DNA from: Betaproteobacteria bacterium
GTDB lineage: Bacteria > Pseudomonadota > Gammaproteobacteria > Burkholderiales > Burkholderiaceae_C
DNA length: 64,000 nt
NCBI GenBank assembly: GCA_031394895.1
Contig: JANNUE010000078.1
Coordinates: 3,807-67,806, forward strand
Reading direction: 5' to 3'
Part shown: positions 30,164-39,757 of the stretch, piece by piece
Layout of the letters: the number at the start of each line of letters is the position of its first letter
How positions within the stretch are numbered: position 1 is the first letter of the stretch
The notes under the pieces: generated by a model
Seen by the model: the letters and a program-made list of their open reading frames with translations, nothing else
What the model was told of the DNA's origin: nothing
Database searches by the model: none
Made by a program: the position numbers and the translations under genes

Positions 30164-31011
30164 GCGGCGCGCAAGTCCGCCCGGCCAAGCGCATCATCCT
30201 GTGCGCCGACGACTTTGCGGTGCACCAGAGTGCGTCGCTCGGGATCGCCAAACTGGCGGCACTGGGGCGCCTGAGTGCCACCAGCGTCATGGCGCTGTCA
30301 CCGCGCTGGGCGCAGGACGCGGCGCTGCTGCGCGACGTGCGCACGCGAATCGACGTCGGCCTGCATCTGGACTGGACCAGTGAGTTTGCCGTCGCTGCCG
30401 GCCACGGCCTGTCGTTGCCAGCCGCGATGCTCAAGGCCGTGCTTGGCGGGTTCGATCCTGAGCGCTCCTCCAGCGTCACGCGGGTCGTGATCGAGCGCCA
30501 GCTCGATGCCTTTGAGCAGCAGTGGAAGGCGCCGCCCGACTTTGTCGATGGTCACCAGCATGTGCAGCAGTTTGCCGGCATTCGCAACGCATTGGTGCAG
30601 ATTCTGGACAGCCGTTACGGTGCCGGTAATCGATCTGACGACAGCACAAGTTACCGGCCGTATCTGCGGATTTCTCGTGCGCCGTCGCGTTCTGCTGATC
30701 TGAAAAGCCGCGTGATTGCGGCGATGGGCGCCGATGCGCTTGAACAACTTGCCACCACGGCTGGCCTGCGCGTCGCGCCCGGTCTGGCCGGCATCTATGA
30801 TTTTGCCGGTAACGAACTGCGCTACGCGGCGCTGATGGAGCGCTGGCTGCGCAGCACTACCACTGGCAGCATCATCATGTGCCATCCGGCGCAGGCCGCT
30901 GAGCCGGGCGATGCGATCGGCGTGGCCCGCGCGCAGGAGTTCAACTACCTGTGCGGCGCCGAATTTGGCGCCGCGCTGAATAGCGCCGGCGTGCAACTGG
31001 TTCGCGGTTGA
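30160..31011 (+). CDS. YdjC/ChbG/HpnK-family deacetylase
   Basis: LCADDF, VGLHLD, FVDGHQHV, IMCHP. Confidence 0.9.
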   Translation: MSGAQVRPAKRIILCADDFAVHQSASLGIAKLAALGRLSATSVMALSPRWAQDAALLRDVRTRIDVGLHLDWTSEFAVAAGHGLSLPAAMLKAVLGGFDPERSSSVTRVVIERQLDAFEQQWKAPPDFVDGHQHVQQFAGIRNALVQILDSRYGAGNRSDDSTSYRPYLRISRAPSRSADLKSRVIAAMGADALEQLATTAGLRVAPGLAGIYDFAGNELRYAALMERWLRSTTTGSIIMCHPAQAAEPGDAIGVARAQEFNYLCGAEFGAALNSAGVQLVRG

Positions 31012-31065
31012 TAAGGTGAAATTGCTTGAAGCGCAGAGTCTTCAGATCGAGTCGTTATAGATTTC

Positions 31066-31169
31066 GTCATTGCGAGGAGCGCATTCAGCCTTTAGCCGCG
31101 AGCGCAGCGTGGCGGGACGCGGCAATCCAGGACTTCATGGATCGCCACGGCCTGCGGCCTCGCGATGCC
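31066..31169. repeat. CGTC-type REP doublet with internal insertion
   Basis: GTCATTGCGAGG...GCGGCAATCCA/TGGATCGCCACGGCCTGCGGCCTCGCGATG. Confidence 0.75.
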
Positions 31170-31274
31170 GGGATTTTTCATGATTCGGGGTGTTGCCCAT
31201 TTGCTGCATGAAAGTTGGCGAGATAGGTCCAGCAAGGCAGTGACGCAGTCTGGTGCTGCCTTGTTGGTGGAGCT

Positions 31275-31336
31275 GATATTGCACCATCACGTTGCAGAAA
31301 TATCTTGATAAATCTTCAAAGTAATGCTGAAATATC
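31275..31336 (+). promoter_or_regulatory. Two tandem 30-bp imperfect palindromes (putative operator)
   Basis: GATATTGCA...TGCAGAAATATC (31275-31304) and GATAAATCTTCA...TGCTGAAATATC (31307-31336), 32-bp period, abutting the ATG. Confidence 0.55.
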
Positions 31337-31339
31337 AGG

Positions 31340-32491
31340 ATGGACCGTTATCTCAACAACCTGATCAGCCGCGACTTGGTCGAAAAAATGGTGTTTGTCA
31401 CCGGACCGCGTCAGGTGGGCAAGACCACGCTGGCCAAATCGCTGGCTGAAAACTTCCAGCGCCCGCTGTACCTCAACTACGACAGCGCGGTGGATCGCAA
31501 GCGCATCGCCCGGGCTGATTGGACCGCAGCGTACGACTACGTGATGCTGGATGAAATTCACGCCATGCCGGACTGGAAAAGTTATCTCAAAGGCGTGTTC
31601 GACACCAAACCGGCGACCCAGTCCTTGCTGATTACCGGCAGCGCACGGCTCGACACGTTTCGGCAGACAGGCGAATCGCTGGCCGGGCGCTACTTTCGCT
31701 GGCGGCTGCATCCGTTTTCAGTGAAGGAATTCTTGCCGCAGGTGGCGGCTCCGGCGCATGCGCTGGACGCCTTGCTGCGCTTTGGTGGGTTTCCCGAACC
31801 CCTGCTCAAGGCCACTGACGCTGCGCGCAAACGCTGGCAAAACCAGTATTTCACGGACCTGGTGCGGGAGGATGTGCGGGAGTTCAGCCGCATTCAGGAG
31901 GTGCGCTCCATGCGCCTGCTGGTAGAAATGCTGCGCACCCGTACCGGCAGTCCGCTGTCGTTTGACGCGCTGGGGCGCGACTTGGCTCTGGCGCCCAACA
32001 CAGTGCGCAACTACATCGAGATTCTGGAGGCTTTGCACATAATATTTTTGGTCCGGCCGTATCACCGCAACGTGGCGCGCGCCTTGGCCAAAGCCCCCAA
32101 GCTCTACTTTTACGACTGGGCCTATGTGAATGATGCCAAGGACGTCTCTCCCGAGTCCGGTGCGCGGTTTGAAAATCTGGTGGCCTGTCATCTGCTCAAG
32201 CATGTGCAGTTTCTGAGCGACAGTGAGGGAACATCATTGCAACTGCACTATCTGCGCACCACCGACGGCAAGGAAATTGATTTTGTGCTGGCCAATGAGG
32301 CGGGCGAGGCCACGCACTTTATTGAGGTAAAGGTCGGTGATGCCAAACCAACTTTGGCCTTGCGCCAAAGCGTCGCGACGCATCCGGGTGCCACGGCGAT
32401 TCAACTGGTGCTGCGCACGCCACACGCATTTGACGTGGGCGCAATTGGCGTCCGGCCGGCCGCGCAATGGCTGGCGGAGTTGGCGGCTTGA
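31340..32491 (+). CDS. AAA_14 ATPase with DUF4143 / PD-(D/E)XK-like C-terminus
   Basis: GPRQVGKTT, LDEIH, TGSA, ESLAGR, GGFPE, KLYFYD, EIDFV...IEVK. Confidence 0.88.
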   Translation: MDRYLNNLISRDLVEKMVFVTGPRQVGKTTLAKSLAENFQRPLYLNYDSAVDRKRIARADWTAAYDYVMLDEIHAMPDWKSYLKGVFDTKPATQSLLITGSARLDTFRQTGESLAGRYFRWRLHPFSVKEFLPQVAAPAHALDALLRFGGFPEPLLKATDAARKRWQNQYFTDLVREDVREFSRIQEVRSMRLLVEMLRTRTGSPLSFDALGRDLALAPNTVRNYIEILEALHIIFLVRPYHRNVARALAKAPKLYFYDWAYVNDAKDVSPESGARFENLVACHLLKHVQFLSDSEGTSLQLHYLRTTDGKEIDFVLANEAGEATHFIEVKVGDAKPTLALRQSVATHPGATAIQLVLRTPHAFDVGAIGVRPAAQWLAELAA

Positions 32492-32539
32492 CGGGCCTGC
32501 TTTTCTTCACCACCCAACCACGCCCCTTAAAATCCGACC

Positions 32540-34117
32540 GTGAACACTACCCTGACCGAACGACAAAAATCCTGGCTGACGCTGGCCGCGCTGTGGCTGT
32601 TGCTGCTGGTCATGGCAAGCTTGCGGCCGCTGGCGGTGCCGGACGAGGGGCGCTACGGCGAAATCGGGCGCTGGATGCTGGTCAGTGGCGACTGGCTGAC
32701 GCCGCGCCTGAACGGCATTCCGTTCTTTCACAAGCCACCGTATCTGCACTGGCTTGAAGCGATATCGCTGGCGGTCTTTGGCATCAATGAACTGGCGCTG
32801 CGACTGGTGCCGGCGCTGCATGTCGGGCTGATGCTGGTAGCGCTGTATCTGTCGGCGCGGACCATCAGCAGCGAGCAAATTGCGCGGCGCGCGGTGCTGA
32901 TGCTGGGCACCAGCCTGACCTTTTTGCTGGGCGGCCAGTACATCAATCACGACATGGCGGTGGCGGCATGGATCGGCGTTGCGATCTGGTGTTTTGCGTT
33001 TGCTTTCATGGCGGGTGACAAGCCCGACGCCAGGCTGGCCCGCTTTGGCTTTGTCGCCTGCGCCTTGGGCATGCTGAGCAAGGGCCTGATTGGCATCGCG
33101 CTGCCGGGGCTGGTGATCTTCATCTGGCTGCTGTGGACGCGGCAGTTCAAGAAGCTTCTGTATTTGCCGTGGCTCAGCGGCCTGGCGCTGTTCGCACTGA
33201 TTGCGCTGCCGTGGTTTGTCGTCGCCCAGCAAAAGTATCCGCAGCTGTTTGACTACATGTTCATCAACCAGCATTTCAAGCGTTACACCTCCACCACCTA
33301 TAACAACCCGCAACACTGGGGGTTTTACCTGCTGGCGGTGTTCCTGCTGCTTTTTCCGTGGCTGCTTTTTGCCTACAACCAGGTGCGTAGCTGGTACCGG
33401 ACCTTTGCCACAGAGCCGGCGCTGGCGCGACCGTGGTGGAACCTGTGCTGGATCTGGGCGATTGCGATCATGGTGTTCTTCTCGATCCCATCCTCGAAAC
33501 TCGTGGGTTATGTGTTGCCGGTGATGCCGGCGCTGGCCTTGCTGGCGGCGCTGGGCTGGGAGCGCGCGATGGCGCAACGCGCCCATGCCGGGCGAATCTT
33601 TGCCGCGCTGTGTGTACTCAACGTCGGCATTGCGCTGGCTGTCGTGACCCAGGTCGGCAAAGTCACGCGCACCGGTCGCGCGCAGGATGTGGCACTGGTG
33701 CTGGCCTGCGCCGCGCGACCGTCGGAGACTATTTATGTATCGGGCGCTTTTCCGTATGACCTGCCGTTTTATGCGCAAACCCGGCGCCCATTGGTGGTGC
33801 TGGAAGACTGGGCAGAATTGCGCCGCGTCGCCGGCGACAGTTGGCAGCGCGAGCTGTTTGAGGGCGCGGATTTTGATGCGACGGCGGCCAGCGTTTTGCA
33901 GTCGTCGGCACAACTGGCGACGCTCGGGCTGCAGCGCGGAAACTGGTTTGTTGTGCGCAACTCGAACCGCATGACCGAGGGCTTAAGCGGCTGGAAGCTG
34001 TTCTACCAGGGTGCCGGCTGGGTGATTTACCAGTCAGGCGCGCAGTTAGCGCCGGAAAGCCCAGAACCGGCTGAGCACAAAGGTCTGCCCGGCTGCAACA
34101 ACAAGCGCCACAAATAG
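32540..34117 (+). CDS. ArnT-like (GT83/PMT) lipid-linked glycosyltransferase
   Basis: PDEGRY.EI.R.M, PRLNG..FFHKPP, LSKGLIG, SKL..Y.LP; multi-TM. Confidence 0.9.
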   Translation: MNTTLTERQKSWLTLAALWLLLLVMASLRPLAVPDEGRYGEIGRWMLVSGDWLTPRLNGIPFFHKPPYLHWLEAISLAVFGINELALRLVPALHVGLMLVALYLSARTISSEQIARRAVLMLGTSLTFLLGGQYINHDMAVAAWIGVAIWCFAFAFMAGDKPDARLARFGFVACALGMLSKGLIGIALPGLVIFIWLLWTRQFKKLLYLPWLSGLALFALIALPWFVVAQQKYPQLFDYMFINQHFKRYTSTTYNNPQHWGFYLLAVFLLLFPWLLFAYNQVRSWYRTFATEPALARPWWNLCWIWAIAIMVFFSIPSSKLVGYVLPVMPALALLAALGWERAMAQRAHAGRIFAALCVLNVGIALAVVTQVGKVTRTGRAQDVALVLACAARPSETIYVSGAFPYDLPFYAQTRRPLVVLEDWAELRRVAGDSWQRELFEGADFDATAASVLQSSAQLATLGLQRGNWFVVRNSNRMTEGLSGWKLFYQGAGWVIYQSGAQLAPESPEPAEHKGLPGCNNKRHK

Positions 34118-34414
34118 GGCAGCCAGCGCCGGCCAGTGCAGCGTGCGCAGCAGCAGCACAAAGACCAGTTCGTTGCTGGCAAAACCGGCCAGTGCGGTGA
34201 GGCCAAAACGTCTCAGGCTGGTCGCCACACTGGTGGCTGCATCCTTGAAACTGAGCAGCCGGTGTCCGGCGAAACTGACCAGAAAAGCAATGCAAAAACC
34301 CAGCGCGTTGGCCAGCTCGGGCCAGATATGGCTTTGCGTCAGCGCGAATACCAGCATATGTGTCAGCGCCGCAGCGCCGCCGACCAGCAGGAACCAGAAG
34401 CTCGACGTGCTCAA
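34046..34414 (-). CDS. GtrA-family flippase
   Basis: Four TM helices, FLLVGG..., AN.LGF, SRFWAF; start overlaps the GT2 stop. Confidence 0.85.
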   Translation of the reverse strand: MSTSSFWFLLVGGAAALTHMLVFALTQSHIWPELANALGFCIAFLVSFAGHRLLSFKDAATSVATSLRRFGLTALAGFASNELVFVLLLRTLHWPALAALFVALVVAAGQTFVLSRFWAFRR

Positions 34415-35430
34415 AGCAGCGAATCTTCCTGCTCGACAAGGCGTGTGTCGGCGTGCGCTGTTGTCATGGCGATGGCTCCCAGACCGTGGCCCAGTTGCTG
34501 GCCGATCAGGTAGTTGGGACGGCGCTTGACTTCTTCATAAATACGCCCGACGTACTCGGCCAGCACGCCGATGGAGAGCATCTGGATGCCGCTGAAAAAC
34601 ATCATGCCGACAACAATGGTGGCATAGCCGGGAACGGCAATACCCAGCAGGAAGTATTCGGCAACGACCCAGCCGCCGTAGCCCAGCGCCAGCGCCGACA
34701 GCACCAGACCGACCAGCGTCAAGGCACGCAGTGGGGCGATCGAAAACGCCAGTATGCCGGTCAGCGCCAGCGAGATGGAGCCGCGCAAGCCAAAATTACT
34801 CAGGCCATCGGCGCGCGGCAGCGGCTGGTAGTCGATCGCGGTGCTGTTGAAGCCGACCCAAGCGTACAGGCCTTTCATGAAGCGGTTGCGCTCGGGCAGA
34901 CTTTTCAGCGCATCAACGACCTTGCGGTCCATCAGCCGGAAGTCGCCGGCATTGGCCGGTATCTTCACGCGGTTGCCAAAATTGACCAGGCGGTAGAACA
35001 GTCCGGTCAGACCGGCTTGCAGCCGGCTCTGGTCGTCGCGCGTTTCGCGCACCGCATAGACCACGTCAAAGCCTTGCTGCCATTTGGCAAACATCTCGGG
35101 CAGCAGGCTGACCGGATGCTGGCCATCGGCATCCATCAGAATCACGACGTCACCCCGGCAAGCATCAATACCGGCAGTCAGCGCCGGCTCCTTGCCGAAG
35201 TTGCGCGACAGCCTCAGGTACACCAGTTCGCTGTGCGTTGCGCACAGCGTCTGCATCACTTGCGCCGTGTCGTCGCGACTGCCGTCATCGATCACGATCA
35301 GCTCAACCTGGCGGCTCAGAGCGGACAGCGTGGTCAAAATACTGGCCAGCACGCTGGCCAGATTGCGCGCCTCGTTGAACGCCGGAATGACACAGGATAT
35401 GGAGGGAGACAGGGTTGTGCGGTTGGTCAT
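34411..35430 (-). CDS. GT2 undecaprenyl-phosphate glycosyltransferase (GtrB/ArnC-like)
   Basis: VIPAFNE, DDGSRD, SRNFGKE, MDADGQHP, GDFRLMDR, EVKRRP; two C-terminal TMs. Confidence 0.93.
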   Translation of the reverse strand: MTNRTTLSPSISCVIPAFNEARNLASVLASILTTLSALSRQVELIVIDDGSRDDTAQVMQTLCATHSELVYLRLSRNFGKEPALTAGIDACRGDVVILMDADGQHPVSLLPEMFAKWQQGFDVVYAVRETRDDQSRLQAGLTGLFYRLVNFGNRVKIPANAGDFRLMDRKVVDALKSLPERNRFMKGLYAWVGFNSTAIDYQPLPRADGLSNFGLRGSISLALTGILAFSIAPLRALTLVGLVLSALALGYGGWVVAEYFLLGIAVPGYATIVVGMMFFSGIQMLSIGVLAEYVGRIYEEVKRRPNYLIGQQLGHGLGAIAMTTAHADTRLVEQEDSLL

Positions 35431-35450
35431 GCCCGCATCATGCCAAAAAG

Positions 35451-35485
35451 AAAGCCCCGCCGGACCATGCCGGCGGGGCTTTTGT
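35451..35485. terminator. Intrinsic terminator hairpin (probably ends the psiF-like transcript)
   Basis: AAAGCCCCGCCGG-accatg-CCGGCGGGGCTTT with A/T runs on both sides. Confidence 0.8.
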
Positions 35486-35549
35486 TAAATTTGTAGGGGA
35501 CAGAGCAAATTGGCGGCGCAAAGGTTGGTCTGACCCGCAAAGCCAATGG

Positions 35550-35903
35550 CTATTTGCTCAGGCACTCTTTCATGAAGGCCTTGCGCGGATCGCCCTTGAG
35601 CTTTTTCTCGCCGGCGTCCTTGTTGCAGCTCTTCATCTTGTCTTGCTGCGTCATTTTCATGCCGGAAGCATGCATTGCCGGGGCGGCTGCGGCAGCCGGG
35701 GCGGCTGCCGCGGGCTTGGCACTGAGACAGTTTTTCATGAAGGCCTTGCGCTCGTCGCCCATCAACTTCTTTTCCCCAGCGTCCTTGTTGCAAGTGGCCA
35801 TCTTGCCTTGTTGTGCGGTCTTTGCCGCCGGAGCGTCGGCGGCGTGGACTGTACCCAAGGAAAGGGTCAGGCCGATGGCGAGCAGAGTTAACAGCTTTTT
35901 CAT
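35550..35903 (-). CDS. PsiF-family secreted protein (two PsiF repeats)
   Basis: Signal peptide MKKLLTLLAIG; two copies of QQ.KM..CNKDAGEKKL.GD.RKAFMK.CLS. Confidence 0.9.
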   Translation of the reverse strand: MKKLLTLLAIGLTLSLGTVHAADAPAAKTAQQGKMATCNKDAGEKKLMGDERKAFMKNCLSAKPAAAAPAAAAAPAMHASGMKMTQQDKMKSCNKDAGEKKLKGDPRKAFMKECLSK

Positions 35904-36053
35904 ATTGCTTCCTAAAAAGGGGTTTGAGGGGAATTCCCGCAGCGGATTCCAGCACATATCGGCCGACTTGGCAATGAGGGGACGGCCATGAGGGGACGGC
36001 CGTCTTTGCAAGCCGGCAATCTGCAACTGGTGCCGGCCCCGTAAAATCAACGA

Positions 36054-37751
36054 ATGCTGTCTGTAAAAATAGAATTGCTCGCAACGCTGGCCCAAGTGCT
36101 GGAGCGACTGGTGCCCGGTGCCGGGGCGAAAGCCGTTTTTGAGTCGCCCAAGGTTGCCGCCCACGGCGACCTGGCCACGACTGCGGCGATGCAACTGGCC
36201 AAGCCACTGCAACGCAAACCGAGGGACCTGGCTGAGCAACTGCGCACCGAGCTACTGGCGGCGCCGGTTTATCAGCGCTGGGTCGAGGCGATCGATATCG
36301 CCGGCCCCGGCTTCATCAATATCCGGCTCAAGGCCGAGGCCAAGCAGGCAATCGTGCGCGAAGTGCTGTTGCAGGGCGCGCACTTCGGCTGTCAAGCGCC
36401 GAACGGGCACCGCATGATGGTCGAGTTTGTCTCGGCTAACCCGACTGGGCCACTGCACGTCGGCCATGGCAGGCAGGCAGCGTTGGGCGACGCCATCAGC
36501 AATCTGTACCAGACCCAGGGCTGGCAGGTCTATCGCGAGTTTTATTACAACGACGCCGGCGTGCAGATTGGCACACTGGCCTCCAGCGTGCAATTGCGCG
36601 CGCGCGGCTTCAAGCCGGGCGACGCCGAGTGGCCCAGCGGGGAGAATGCGCCGGTCTATAACGGTGATTACATCGCCGACATCGCGGCAGATTTTCTGGC
36701 CAAGAAAACGGTGCACGCGGACGACCGCGAGTTCACCGCCTCGGGCGACGTGGATGCGCTGGACGATATGCGACTGTTCGCCGTTGCCTATTTGCGCCAC
36801 GAGCAGGACCTCGACCTGAAGGCCTTTGCCCTGCATTTCGATAACTACTACCTGGAGTCGAGCCTGTACCTCAGCGGCAAGGTCGATGCCACGGTCAAGC
36901 GGCTGCATGACGCCGGCAAAACCTTTGAAAAGGACGGCGCGTTGTGGCTCAAATCGACCGACTACGGCGATGACAAGGACCGCGTCATGCGCAAAGGCGA
37001 CGGCAGTTATACCTACTTCGTGCCGGACGTGGCGTACCACATAGCCAAGTGGGAGCGCGGTTTTGAGAAGGTCGTCAATATTCAGGGCACCGACCACCAC
37101 GGCACGATCGCGCGCGTTCGCGCCGGCCTGCAGGCCGCCGGTGTCGGCATTCCACCGGGCTATCCCGACTATGTGCTGCACACCATGGTGCGCGTCGTGC
37201 GAGGTGGGGACGAAGTCAAGATCTCCAAGCGCGCCGGCAGCTATCTCACGCTGCGCGACCTGATCGACTGGACATCGAAGGACGCGGTGCGCTTCTTTCT
37301 GCTCAGCCGCAAACCCGATACCGAATACACGTTCGATGTGGACCTGGCGGTCGCCAAGAACAACGACAACCCGGTCTATTACGTGCAGTACGCGCATGCG
37401 CGCATCTGCTCGGTGCTGGCGGCGTGGCTGGAGAAGGACGCGGGCGACGTGGGCAGCCTGGCCCAGGCCGATCTGACTGCGCTGCAAAGTCCGCAGGCGC
37501 AGGCGCTGCTGCTGCTGCTGGCCAAATACCCGGCGATGCTGAGCGCGGCGGCGCAGGATTTTGCGCCGCATGACGTGACTTTCTATTTGCGCGAACTGGC
37601 CGCCTGCTATCACAGTTACTACGACGCCGAGCGCATCCTGGTGGACGACGTGACGGTCAAGCGGGCCAGGCTGGCGCTGGTCGCGGCGACGGCTCAGGTG
37701 TTGCACAATGGGCTGGCGGTGCTGGGCGTGAGCGCGCCGCAAAAAATGTAA
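36054..37751 (+). CDS. argS: Arginine--tRNA ligase
   Basis: [42 protein letters not shown]. Confidence 0.98.
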   Translation: MLSVKIELLATLAQVLERLVPGAGAKAVFESPKVAAHGDLATTAAMQLAKPLQRKPRDLAEQLRTELLAAPVYQRWVEAIDIAGPGFINIRLKAEAKQAIVREVLLQGAHFGCQAPNGHRMMVEFVSANPTGPLHVGHGRQAALGDAISNLYQTQGWQVYREFYYNDAGVQIGTLASSVQLRARGFKPGDAEWPSGENAPVYNGDYIADIAADFLAKKTVHADDREFTASGDVDALDDMRLFAVAYLRHEQDLDLKAFALHFDNYYLESSLYLSGKVDATVKRLHDAGKTFEKDGALWLKSTDYGDDKDRVMRKGDGSYTYFVPDVAYHIAKWERGFEKVVNIQGTDHHGTIARVRAGLQAAGVGIPPGYPDYVLHTMVRVVRGGDEVKISKRAGSYLTLRDLIDWTSKDAVRFFLLSRKPDTEYTFDVDLAVAKNNDNPVYYVQYAHARICSVLAAWLEKDAGDVGSLAQADLTALQSPQAQALLLLLAKYPAMLSAAAQDFAPHDVTFYLRELAACYHSYYDAERILVDDVTVKRARLALVAATAQVLHNGLAVLGVSAPQKM

Positions 37752-37772
37752 ATCAAGTTGAAAGTCAAAGGC

Positions 37773-38372
37773 ATGAAACAGCAGCGCGGCGGAACCATTC
37801 TGGGCATCATCATCGGGTTCGTAGTGGGCCTCGCGCTGGCGCTGGCGGTTGCCCTGTATGTCACCAAGACGCCGATCCAGTTTCTGAACAAGGGACAAAA
37901 CCGCAGCACCGAGCAGGACGCGGCCGAGGTCAAGAAAAACAAGGACTGGGATCCGAATGCGCCACTGTATGGCAAGAATCCGGCCAGACCGGCGCTGGCG
38001 CCAGCGTCTGAGAGCGCGCCATCGGCGCCAAAAACTGATGCCGCCACGACCGACAAAGCGGAGCTCAAGCCGGCGGTGACAGCCGATCCGCTGGGCGATC
38101 TGGCCAAGGCGCGCGCTCAAGGTGCGGCCGGCGACCCGTTCCTGTATTTCGTCCAGGCCGGTGCCTTTCGTACCGCCGAGGACGCCGAGGCTCAGCGCGC
38201 CAGACTGACCCTGGCCGGCGTCGAAGCCAAGGTGACCGAGCGTGAGCAGTCCGGCCGTGCCGTGTTTCGCGTGCGCGCCGGCCCGTTTGACAAAAAGGAA
38301 GATGCCGACAAGGTGAAGGAGCGGCTGGAAGCGGCCGGCCAGGAAACTGCGTTGGTGCGGACTCAGCGTTAG
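37773..38372 (+). CDS. SPOR-domain cell division protein (FtsN-like)
   Basis: N-terminal TM; YFVQAGAF...FRVRAGPF SPOR domain; argS-SPOR-dsbA gene order. Confidence 0.88.
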   Translation: MKQQRGGTILGIIIGFVVGLALALAVALYVTKTPIQFLNKGQNRSTEQDAAEVKKNKDWDPNAPLYGKNPARPALAPASESAPSAPKTDAATTDKAELKPAVTADPLGDLAKARAQGAAGDPFLYFVQAGAFRTAEDAEAQRARLTLAGVEAKVTEREQSGRAVFRVRAGPFDKKEDADKVKERLEAAGQETALVRTQR

Positions 38373-38447
38373 GCGTCCAGCAGATAGCGTGGCGCGTGCG
38401 GGCTGGTTGATGTCAATTTGTAGTGATCGATTTAACAGGAGTGTGTG

Positions 38448-39098
38448 ATGAAACGTCGTGAATTTTCACTGACCTGCGGTGCCGCAGTCGCGGGCGCGGC
38501 ATGGCTTGGGTCGGCTGCCATGGCACAGGGCGCAACGCCGCAGCCCGGCGTCGATTTTGTGGTGCTGGACAAAGCCACGTCGGTCGATGCTCCGGCCGGC
38601 AGAATAGAGGTGGTCGAATTCTTTGGCTACTTCTGTCCGCATTGCAATTCGTTCGAACCGACCTTCGACGCCTGGACCAAGCGGGCGGCGAAGGATGTGT
38701 TCGTGCGCCGGCTGCCAGTGGCGTTTCAGAGCACCCTCAAGCCACAGCAGCATCTTTACTACGCGCTGGAGGCGATGGGCCTGGTGGACAAACTGCATCG
38801 CAAAGTGTTTGCTGCCATTCATGTTGACAGGGTCAGACTCGACAGCCCGGAGCCGATCGCCGACTGGGTTGCCAAACAGGGCGTGGACCGGGCCAAGTTC
38901 ATGGAGCATTTCAACTCGTTCTCGGTCGCCACCAAGGCCACCAAGGCGACGCGCCTGCACAATGACTACAGGATCGACGGCGTCCCGGCACTCGGCGTGG
39001 CCGGGCGTTTCCTGACCGATGGCACGATGGCCAAAGGCATGGAACGGGCCTTGCAGGTGGTTGATTTTCTTACCGCCACGGTGCGCGCCGGTCGTTGA
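38448..39098 (+). CDS. dsbA: Thiol:disulfide interchange protein DsbA
   Basis: EFFGYFCPHC, GVP cis-Pro loop. Confidence 0.92.
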   Translation: MKRREFSLTCGAAVAGAAWLGSAAMAQGATPQPGVDFVVLDKATSVDAPAGRIEVVEFFGYFCPHCNSFEPTFDAWTKRAAKDVFVRRLPVAFQSTLKPQQHLYYALEAMGLVDKLHRKVFAAIHVDRVRLDSPEPIADWVAKQGVDRAKFMEHFNSFSVATKATKATRLHNDYRIDGVPALGVAGRFLTDGTMAKGMERALQVVDFLTATVRAGR

Positions 39099-39130
39099 TT
39101 GCAGCGCTCCAACCTGTGGCCCGCGCCGAT

Positions 39131-39757
39131 ATGAAACGTTTCATTGCTTCACCCCTGTTGTTGTTCGCCCTCGCGTTGTCAGGCGCACCGGCCCAGGCGG
39201 AAAAGGCGGACCGCAACAAGCCGATGAATATCGAGTCGGACGCCCTGCGCTACGACGATCAGAAGCAGACCAGTGTCTTTAGCGGCCGCGTGTTGCTGAC
39301 CAAGGGCAGTATTTTGATTCGCGGCGAAAAAGTCGCGGTCCGCCAGGACAGCGACGGCTTCCAGTTTGGCCAAGTCAGCGCCGAGCCGGGCAAGCTCGCC
39401 ACGTTCCGGCAAAAACGCGAAGGGCTGGACGAATTCATAGAAGGCGAGAGCGAGAGTATCGAATACGACGGCCGCGCCGATGTCGTGAGGTTCGCCAAGA
39501 ACGCCCGCTTGCGCCGCTATCTGGGCGCCACGCTCAATGATGAATTCACCGGTGCCGTGATTGTCTATAACAACGCGACCGAGACCTTCAGCATCGACGG
39601 CGCGCCGGCCAGTGGCCCGGCTGGTACTGGCAGCGGGCGGGTGCGGGCCATGCTGACGCCCAAATCGGCAGCGCCGGCAACGCCTGCGTCCGCCGCCGCA
39701 GCCCCGGCGGCACCGACGCTTCGCTCCAGCACTACTTTGGGTGGGGCCGCCAAGTGA
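39131..39757 (+). CDS. lptA: LPS transport periplasmic protein LptA
   Basis: Signal peptide, AEKADRNKPMNIESD, GRVRAMLTP; upstream of lptB. Confidence 0.92.
   Translation: MKRFIASPLLLFALALSGAPAQAEKADRNKPMNIESDALRYDDQKQTSVFSGRVLLTKGSILIRGEKVAVRQDSDGFQFGQVSAEPGKLATFRQKREGLDEFIEGESESIEYDGRADVVRFAKNARLRRYLGATLNDEFTGAVIVYNNATETFSIDGAPASGPAGTGSGRVRAMLTPKSAAPATPASAAAAPAAPTLRSSTTLGGAAK

Noticed and set aside
36252-38120. Long antisense ORFs (622 aa here; also 5147-6463, 25072-26406, 27994-29724, 32507-33913, 42658-44016)
   Set aside because: Shadow frames of well-supported genes in high-GC DNA; no recognisable motifs
38448-38530. Twin-arginine-like signal on DsbA
   Set aside because: To my knowledge KRREFS-type leaders are common on betaproteobacterial DsbA; not distinctive
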